Shown one piece after another: positions 54,571 to 64,000 of a DNA stretch of 64,000 nt (its first letter is position 1; every line of letters starts with the position of its first letter). The stretch covers positions 16,120,001 to 16,184,000 of the forward strand of contig CM022673.1 of NCBI GenBank assembly GCA_012295275.1, in the 5' to 3' direction. The notes under the pieces are model-generated. The model did no database searches. It was not told the origin of the DNA and saw only the letters and a list, made by a program, of their open reading frames with translations. This DNA is from Chrysomallon squamiferum (lineage: Eukaryota > Animalia > Mollusca). The position numbers and the translations under genes are program-made.

Positions 54571-56057
54571 TACGTATAAACGTGTGTTGTGAGTGAGTGT
54601 ATGTGTATGTGTATGTGTTTGTAAAAGTGTAAGGGTATATAGGCATATAAATATAAATATGTATACATACTCATCATACACATAATGAAAGAGAAATATA
54701 CAGAATTCAGCTTCTGTTAAAAAAATATATAAATAAGGAAATAAAAATCAATAACTGTTGCCACATTTACATAAAATAAAAAAGGTATACATCTACACAA
54801 ATAACTGCTAAAACATACTTAAAAAAAAGAAGAAAAAAGGGAGTGACAGAGATAGAATGTGTGTGAATGTGTTTGTGTCATACTGTATGTGTTGAGTTCA
54901 AAATAAATAAAACTAGAAAGTATTTGTTAGTTAATACTTTATTAAGCAAATCTGTATGATTCACTTTAGATTTATTATTATGTCCTTACAGCTATTGACA
55001 GTTTGAACAGTATAAAATTCAAAATCATATTAAAATGGTATTTCTATTTTCAAACATGTTATTTTATGATGGATGCATTTTATGATGTCATTTTTGGCTA
55101 CAATCAAAAGAAAAAACGAAGTGACCATAAAAATAAATAAATAAATAAATCATCCAATACAATGATAATAATAAAAATGCAAAAGTATTAAAAAGAAAAT
55201 TCAAGCCAATTTTTATTTCCTTCACTTAGTGAGAAAACTATAAAATAGTAATAAATAATAAATAAAATTAATATTTTTAAAATTATAATTATGCAGCAAT
55301 GATCGCTGACAAAAAGCAAACAAGTATTTCAATGATGTAAAACCACACATTATTGATCTGTTCAGCTCAAGGCAATTCAATTATTAGTCGCAGGTTTGTA
55401 TATGCTGATTCTCTGTGAAACATACAGTGAACAACAGTTTAGCAAATTAGTTCTGAAAACGTGATAATTAATTGTCATTATGACAGTGCAGTAATTTAAC
55501 TAATTATTATCATGTTGTTAATTATTATTGTTATGATAATTTGTCTTACTTTTTTTTTTTTACTTCATAATATTGCTACAATTATCCTGTTTTATATCTG
55601 AATTATTACCATGTTACTGTAATGATAATTATCATGTTATTATATTTTTTTTTTGTAGTTGTAATTCTAATTTAATTATATATATATATATATATATTGT
55701 TTGTTTGTTTTGAATTGTTATACTGTTATTGTTATCAGTCTGATAATTCAAATTATTGTTATTACCATAAAGTGTGATAATTTTATTATTATCCTTTTAT
55801 CATTATGATAGTGTGTCAATTCAAATGTTATTCTCATTATTATCTGATATTTAATTTGTCTGTCATCACTATTACAGTGTACAATTTTAATTCTTTTGGT
55901 GATAAACTATTATCCTATATTAATAATGATAAATAATCTAAGTATTAAACACTCATGTAAAATTGGCAAAGAATAAAAAAATAAAAAAATAAAGATTTTG
56001 TTTAAAACTTAAAGTTTATCACAATGTGGAGAGAGAAAAAAGTCCCAAGGCATGTGT

Positions 56058-56098
<41 letters not shown>

Positions 56099-56676
56099 CA
56101 CACACACAACTGTTATTATTAAAGATTATTATGTACTTATGTACACACTTGCAAATTTTGATATCTCTCTCTCTGCCTATCCATCCATTTGTGTGTGTGT
56201 TATGCTATTTAAGGGTGTGACCAGTCCCTCAGTACACCTTCTTTGAAATCAAGAAATGTGAAAGACTGTTTACTTTTTAATGAATTTCTGGACACGAATC
56301 TATGTATCAAGTTTAACATATTTCAGTATAAAAACCTAGAAAATAAACCAGTGTTTGAACTACTGGAATGGAACAAACATTTGTTGCATTTTTCAGTAAG
56401 TGGAATTTTAGCAAGTGATTTCATTTCACACATGACTGAAACATACAACATACATATACAATTCAGAAACGTGAACAGAATGACACACATTTGGTTGAAT
56501 AAATCTATGTACAAGTATCTAAATATTATCTTTGAATTTCACTTTAAAAAAACAAAAACACCATCAACTTTTGTTCCAGCTTTGCAGTGTTAAACAAGAC
56601 TGGGAGGTGTATGAGTGGGCAGATTGACTTGTTATTAAATCTGGTCTTACTGACACAATTAAGCAAGTTGACTTAC

Positions 56677-56725
56677 CATGGATGTGCCAGCCGCTGTGAT
56701 CAGCAACATCATCTTACACAGATTT
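56677..56725 (-). CDS. Candidate 49-nt BCL9 upstream exon
   Basis: Acceptor ttgttgtttgtgtattttag and consensus donor ATG|gtaagt. Reads (N)LCKMMLLITAAGTSM in phase 0 with the 33898 acceptor. Confidence 0.55.
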
Positions 56726-57016
56726 CTAAAATACACAAACAACAACCGTAATACAGAATTTGAATGAAGGAATGCAATATTATATAGTGGTTTATAATGC
56801 AGAAAATGAACAAATAGAGAGATAGATGAATTGATGAATGAATTTAAAGAATGGATTGTTGTATGGTATATTATAATAAGAAAATTAATAAATAATAAAA
56901 AAAATTAATGAATCAGTACAATACTGTATGGTATTTTATAACAGAAAATGAATGAATAAATATATTTATATTTAACTCTCTCTCTATCCCCCAACTACTT
57001 TCACACACACATACCA

Positions 57017-57058
<42 letters not shown>

Positions 57059-57967
57059 CACACACAGAACACATACAGCAGTATTTATGAAGGAAGTTAA
57101 ACTAAATTGATTTTGCCCATCCTAAAGAACTAAGACAAGCTAGCATAAAAGAGTTGTAACTGATACAAAACCCAGATTATCATTACACTGAAAACTATAC
57201 AAACACTGCTGAAATGACAAGCTGTATGAATATAAAAAAAATAAAATAAAATAAAAAATAGAATTAAAATTAAAAAAAATAATAAAGATGAAAAGATTTA
57301 TAAAAATGAAAAAAGAAAATTTTTTATTAAAAAAAAACAAACAAAACAAACATAAAACTGAAGAACACTGAATTTAAAAAAGAAAAATGAAGAAGATGGA
57401 ATTTTAAAAAATATATGCAGAAAAGAAAAAATATGTGACAAGATATAAAGAGACTGTGCGAGGCTGCTGTGAAACATGAGCAGGCAATGTTTTATATGAC
57501 AAACATTCAGCTGGATTTACACCGAGTTTTTACAAAATAACCTTTAAGTGGCCTATTTCTCTTTTGTCAGAGTTTTTCACCTAAAGCAACTTGCTTGTCA
57601 ACATGGTAAAAAAACAGAAATGCTGTTATTCCCTTGTTACTGTTCATTTGCATATGTTAATATTTCCACTGTATGTAAAGATCACTGTCATTGTAACCAT
57701 AATAAAATGTACTCTTTGACATACTGACCGGGTCATCTGTACCAAAATAATCCAAGTTATATAATCATGATCTACAAGTGGTGATCTTTATTATCTATAT
57801 AATCTACAACTGATCATCTACATAATCCATTTCAGGAATGTGGATTTGTTTTCTGATTTTTTTATAATTAGGATTCACAAGTTCACATTAGAATTCACAA
57901 TGTCAGGTTCAGATTGTAACCTATAACAGAGAACATGTTACAAGTTGTTGTTCATAAGATCCACAGT

Positions 57968-58130
57968 CACAATAGGATCAAACTAGAACAGTCCTAGGTC
58001 TAGTCTACTTAGTACAATAGGACCCAACTAAAACATGGTCATAGGTCTAAACTAGTTAGCACAATAGGATCAAACTGGAACATGGTCAAGGGTCTAGATT
58101 AGTTTGCACAATAGGATCCAACTAGAATCC
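57968..58130. repeat. ~47-bp minisatellite, ~3.5 copies
   Basis: acaataggatcaaactagaacatggtc.taggtcta...tagt units. Confidence 0.8.
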
Positions 58131-59647
58131 TCTTTGGTTTAGTTTAATACTGAAAAGACCAGAATAGGACCCACAGTATAGGTTCAGATTAAATCAAAGT
58201 CTTAGGTTCAGTCTAAAGTCAAAATCAGGAATAAAAATCAGTGGTACAGATTAGATCTTCAGTTATAAGTCTTAATATGAACCTAGAAACAACTTTGTTA
58301 TTACAGTACAATACTCTTTTCTTTTTCTTTTCTTAACTAAGGCCAATGACAATGATATTACTATAATAGAATTTTGATGGTTCTTTGTTACAAGTGAGAA
58401 AATCAAGGCAAATAATTTCATAAAGATGTCTGTTGATGTCAATTTATCTTGTGCTGATTAAAGCCAGATGACTAAATTAATCCATCTGACCAGTGGTCAA
58501 TATACAGAGCTAAAGGCACCAGAAGCAAAAGCAAAATAATAATAATAATAATATTATATATATATATAAATTATTTCACAAGCCAATGACTTGAAGATTC
58601 TTAGACAACAACAAAAATATGTTCGACATTTAACATACTTACAAAGAAGACTTAACCTTAAGACATAATGCAGTGACTTAAGATTAGTTATCAGAAAATA
58701 CAAGCTCACTAAATACTGCAGATAACAGCCAGTGAATTGCAATTAGTATTAACAGGAGAAACACAATAGTGAGACAGGAATCAATTTCCTCTAAACAGGA
58801 ACATGAAATCAGCCAAGCATGACAGCTTCTCTGGCTCAATCTGGAGATTTTTTGTTTCTTTTTTTAAAATTATTTTTAATTTTATTTAAAAAAATGTGTT
58901 TTATGTTACTTAGTATACATGCACTAGTCATTCATGTCTCCAAACAGCAGTCCTCCTAATCTCTTTATTATCATTGTACCAACAAGTGTGCATGTACTGG
59001 CTTTGTGCATTTTATCAGCATTTTGACAATTTCAGGTTGAAATGTGTACAGATTATATATGTCTGAATATGACAAAGATGATCATATCATAACCAGGTGT
59101 GGGTGTACCAAACAAAGAAGACAGACATCCTTTTTTGTTTGACTGAATCTACAAAAACATGATATGAAATACACATTTAAGAAATACACAGGAAAACAAA
59201 AGCACTGCCATAACATTAAGGTCAATTTTTTCTTAAAATTAGAAATAAGGCACCTTTTAATGGCCTTCACAGACAGGAAAGAAGTCACCAGTATTTGACA
59301 AATATGTTGAACTAGTTGGAATGGAAGATAACTCCAAAGGAGCACAAAGAAAGATGTGGATATGCCAGAAATGTAACTTTTCAGAGATAATGATGTTTAT
59401 GTGATGATGGCAAATTTTACATTTTTTAACTTTCTGAGCATCTTTACTGACCACTTTACCAGCCCAGATTTTGGTTTTCTTTCATTCAGTAGAGGTTGTT
59501 TTAACACTCAAAGTATCCTGATGTGTAGCAGAATCATCTGTGAAATTTATGTTTTTAACAGGTCGATAAAATATATGTCTATTTTTAACAAAATTAATAA
59601 TTTTGGTCTTTATAGATAATGCCCATCTCACTAATTAAGTGGTTAAA

Positions 59648-59732
<85 letters not shown>

Positions 59733-61170
59733 CAAACAATAATAAATAAAATAAATAAATAACATAAATAAATATAATAAAATCATGTTTATATAGTAGT
59801 CATTAAGTCTTAACACATGAAACTAGGTAAATCTGGATATTCACAGATAATATTTATATTAATTCCTTGTCAAAATGTCTTCAGTGCAGTATTATCTGAG
59901 GATCAATTCTTTTTAGTGTGCTCAACTGTTTTGGGGTTTTTTATGTTTTCCTATCAAGTGTTAAGAGTGATATAACAAAGACCATACCACTGGTGTAATT
60001 TTTATCTTTTTAGGGTAAAAAGAACACATGCCAAATAAAGCTATATATCTTTCTTTTGTGTGTTTGTTTTGGAGAGTGTTGTTATTTTGTGGTTTTTATT
60101 TATTTTTATTTTTATTTTTATTTTTTTCCTATCTTAAATGTATAAAAATGCCACTGATTTTAGTTTTTAATTTTTATAATATTTTTCTGCCCAAACCATG
60201 AACTCCATTTCCATGCTAAATACAACTTATTAGTAAAATAAAACATTAGTTTAAGGATATAATTTTTCAACTAGTGTTTATTTTCAAATGCCAACTACTT
60301 TAGAGCATTTTACTATTTAGCCCACTGCAATGTATTCCACATTTTTGTGTCAAAGTAATTTTTTGTTTACAACGTGGCTGTCACAGTGTATGGAGTAAAA
60401 TGAACTGACTGCATAATTTTCAGTCTGATTTATTACATTCTGTGCAGGTTGTAGCAGTGACAATCTAACTGTTGTAGAAAAATATTAAATTTATCTTTAT
60501 ATTAAATAAGAATGCACTAGAAAAATATATATTGTCAGTTAAAAATAAAACTGACAAATTAACTTGAAACTGAACTTTCTGGTACATTTTTCCAATTGTC
60601 AGATTTATTGTATAAACATTATGTATGATGTATAGTCAGACATAATGATTGACGGCATAAAAACATGGCAGCTTTCCTCACTCTGTCAGATATTCAACAT
60701 GTAACAGGAAGTTCCTAGTTCAAACAATTAGTAAGATATTCAATATTTCAGTGTTCTGTGTGTGTGTCTATATATAAACTCATTATTCTTGTGTACCACT
60801 GTTTGACACATTGTGTGCAATATGTAAAATTAATGAATGCATGACATCCAATGTCTAAACAGACATTAAAACATGTAATAATGATTTCCGAGACAGTGGG
60901 CTTTTAAGAATTAACTAATGAGAACATTTTCAATTTCCTTCCCATAATCAAAAGAACACCTTTATACTGTATTTGAAACAGCTTCTCTACAGCAATGTTT
61001 GGAACAGGAAAATGAATAAAGGCAGATTGTTTGTACCTGTTATTATGTAGATTATAACTGTTCATTAACATATGACAGTATTTTGTAATTGGTAAAATGT
61101 TTTGTGCATAGTGTAAGTAAAAAAAAATGATACATATTACATAACCAATAACTACAGGCTGCATATATAC

Positions 61171-61211
<41 letters not shown>

Positions 61212-61577
61212 TAAATGTAAAGACATGGCTTACACAGGATAAATACCAAATGATTATTTAGTGATGCACAGACCCAGTGATAATTGTTTTAACAACTACT
61301 GCTGTTAGTATTCACAAACATCACTACAGTAATAAAAATACTGAAATTATTGTAAAGCAATGAAACATGAAACCTTTTTTTAAATTAATATTTCATTCAT
61401 AACACTGTAACAAGATGGCTAAAAGGGAATTAAGCAAAAGACTTTTTAAAAATCAATTACCTAATCCTAACTGAGGGAAAGAAGAGCTGTTAGGAGGACT
61501 AGCGACTCATTTTAAATACACTGCCTGATTAGACACCACACACACACAAGATTGACGATATTGCCTCCGCGACTTAC

Positions 61578-62050
61578 AAAAACCACTTGAGCACTGGCCA
61601 CTCATTCATTTGCGATGTTTGAAATTCCTACCTGATTATCATTGAATTGTATTCCTCTACACTGATCCACTTGGTCACTTAGTGCGACCATAACACTCAG
61701 CATTTTCCATATCACACAAACACCAGCCAGCGATACGGACACGAGAAGACGTGGGTGATGGTGAAAATAAAAAATGATAAAAATCTCCGATGTGCTGAAC
61801 ACACTTGACAAGAGAACATCACTGACAGTACAATTGGCGAGCATGAAGATTGTGTGTTTGGCCTCGACGGAACCACATTCAAGCTCAACTTAATGAGTAG
61901 ATCAATACAGTAATAAAGCGGTATCTTTCCACGATATGTTGATCATCTGACACAATCCAGCACCACACATCTTTACTTTCTCTCACTACCGCAGTGGCTG
62001 ATTCTAGGGGAGGTAAATATCAGTGAGGAAAAGAAAATCAGACCTGCGTC
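61578..62050 (-). other. Candidate distal first exon / 5' UTR of BCL9
   Basis: GC- and CpG-richer island ending in a gtaagt donor at 61577. ATG at 61609 gives MNEWPVLKWF+tt, which is in frame with the 56725 exon. The 5' boundary is uncertain. Confidence 0.35.
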
Positions 62051-63047
62051 TCACCACAATACAAGCTTGTTGGTTTGCATGAATAATTCATTACAAGTTT
62101 GTAGCTTTTCCTTCATCATCATAAATGTTACGTTTTGCTTTGGGCAAAAGCATAAAATAATAATATTAAGATAAAAGAAAAGAAATTTTTTTGAGGCACC
62201 ACAAGTTTCAGTGTGATAAATTAATGATGTTAATTATAAAAGAAGATTTTTAAAAGACTTTTCACTTCTGTGAGAATATTTTATTTTATTGTTATTTAGT
62301 CATTGACAACTGTCAGTTTATAATTTACATATTCATTTAATATCCATTACAAATTTTTACTTATTTTTGAAACAAAAGGAATAGTAACTTTTAATTTTAG
62401 GTAGAACATTTTTTTTTTAAAATTGTATTACTTCTGTAAAATCACCATTTTCAAATTTACAGTTTTATAAAAAATAAAATTAATAATCACTTTCAATCCT
62501 GATAGTTTTATTTTATTTATTTATTTGTTTATTTATAAATTAATTGTACCACCGTTTGTATTTTTTATTACAAAAACAATATTATAAAAAGTATTTATTT
62601 TCATTCAAATAATTCCTGAAAAAAACAAAACAATAAAAAATAAATAAATAAATAAATAACAATATAGCTTATTTTGTTTGATAAATGTTTTTAAATGTAA
62701 TAATAGTACAGCCATTTTTATTTTCTGCCTAATAAATGTTTTAAAAAGTTAATGCATGAATTTACATATTCAGTACAGTTCACCTTTTCTTTAATTTTTT
62801 TTTGAAAAAGGTTTTAAAAAAAGAACTCTACCCTTTTTAAAATTCAAATGTCTTTCTGTTTACCAGACCTGAATACCTAATGACACCAAGAGCATACATC
62901 CAACATGATGACCTTAGCATAAATGTAAAATCAATCCAGTGAAATTATATTTAAATATTATACTACAATTTTTATTTTTTTTAAATCTCTGTTTGAGATA
63001 ATCTAAAATTATATATAACATTACAGATATCAGTATACTGGAATTTT

Positions 63048-63078
<31 letters not shown>

Positions 63079-64000
63079 CCCCAAAGTTTAAAATTACAGT
63101 TTTTAACTTTTTTTAACCTGTATCATTTTACACTCCATAATATCTTTATATTCTACTATAAAAGTTTTATATTTTTTAACTTATTAAAACTAGATGATAA
63201 GAGACATTATTATCACTGTAATTTACTGTTCTTAAAATTTAAAAATTATCAGTGATTATCTATTATTAGTTTCTAATATTTTATAGCTATATTCTTGCTA
63301 CTTTAAATAACTGGTTACTGTATTAAGATAACAGTTTCATCCAAATTCTAAATACATTCCTAAATAAGACAAAAGGCATATGAAATTAACTGTTTTGTTT
63401 CCAAACTCAAGAATAGCAAATAAATGCTTACTGATTTTGTTTCAGCAGACAAATACTATACATTACATAACAAAATTAATAATAATAAATTTCTGTTATC
63501 TTTTAAATTAAAACTGTTTATGTTAACAGTCTTTTAAGATCTAAACCAACAATTAAATGTAGCAACACTGAACACTGTATGTAAATAACAAGTAATTTAC
63601 TGAAGTGAAAATAGATCCATCCCAAAGAGTTACATTTTGGTCAGTGACAGAAGATATAGAAATTCATCTTGACATCATATCTCACCATTGTTTATAATGA
63701 TTGCAGATAAATATATTTTATTCAAATTTGAATTTACAATCATTAACTTTTAAATCCTTTATGAATAATACAGTAAATATATAAATGACCAGTTTATGTT
63801 AAAAGTGTCGCAAATATATTCTATCAATTGTAACAAATAGCATTTTATAATTTTAAATTTTATTTTCTGTTTAGATAAATATTTTTACCATTTTGACATT
63901 TTACAAAATTTTAAACAGTTCTAATGATGTTATTCTAACTCTAGATTTTAATACAATTTAAATTTGTACTTTTTACTTTTTTTTACTGTCTGAATGATCT

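Overview
AT-rich, microsatellite-dense animal genomic DNA with spliceosomal GT-AG introns; most likely a lophotrochozoan, probably a mollusc (inference). I reconstructed four intron-containing genes by hand, checking splice phase at every junction. (1) The last two exons of a cysteine-containing LRR (F-box/LRR-like) gene (+, 89-991). (2) A complete 10-exon, 315-aa aldo-keto reductase (-, 6090-11698) with an intact catalytic tetrad but non-canonical NADPH-site residues. (3) A complete 8-exon, ~470-aa secreted protein I cannot name (+, 14594-21594): signal peptide, KR site, Arg/Tyr-rich disordered region, then five one-exon PLAC/ShK-like six-Cys modules. (4) BCL9/legless (-, 28051-33898), plus candidate alternative first exons at ~47.3 kb and 56.7/61.6 kb. 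Also present: a 1.3-kb internally deleted pogo-like DNA transposon, decayed SINE relics, many mini- and microsatellites, two minisatellites that are tandem amplifications of a 3' splice site, and a chimeric templated insertion joining the upstream flank and last exon of gene 3 inside its own first intron. Most short ORFs in the supplied track are microsatellite artefacts. No database searches were run.
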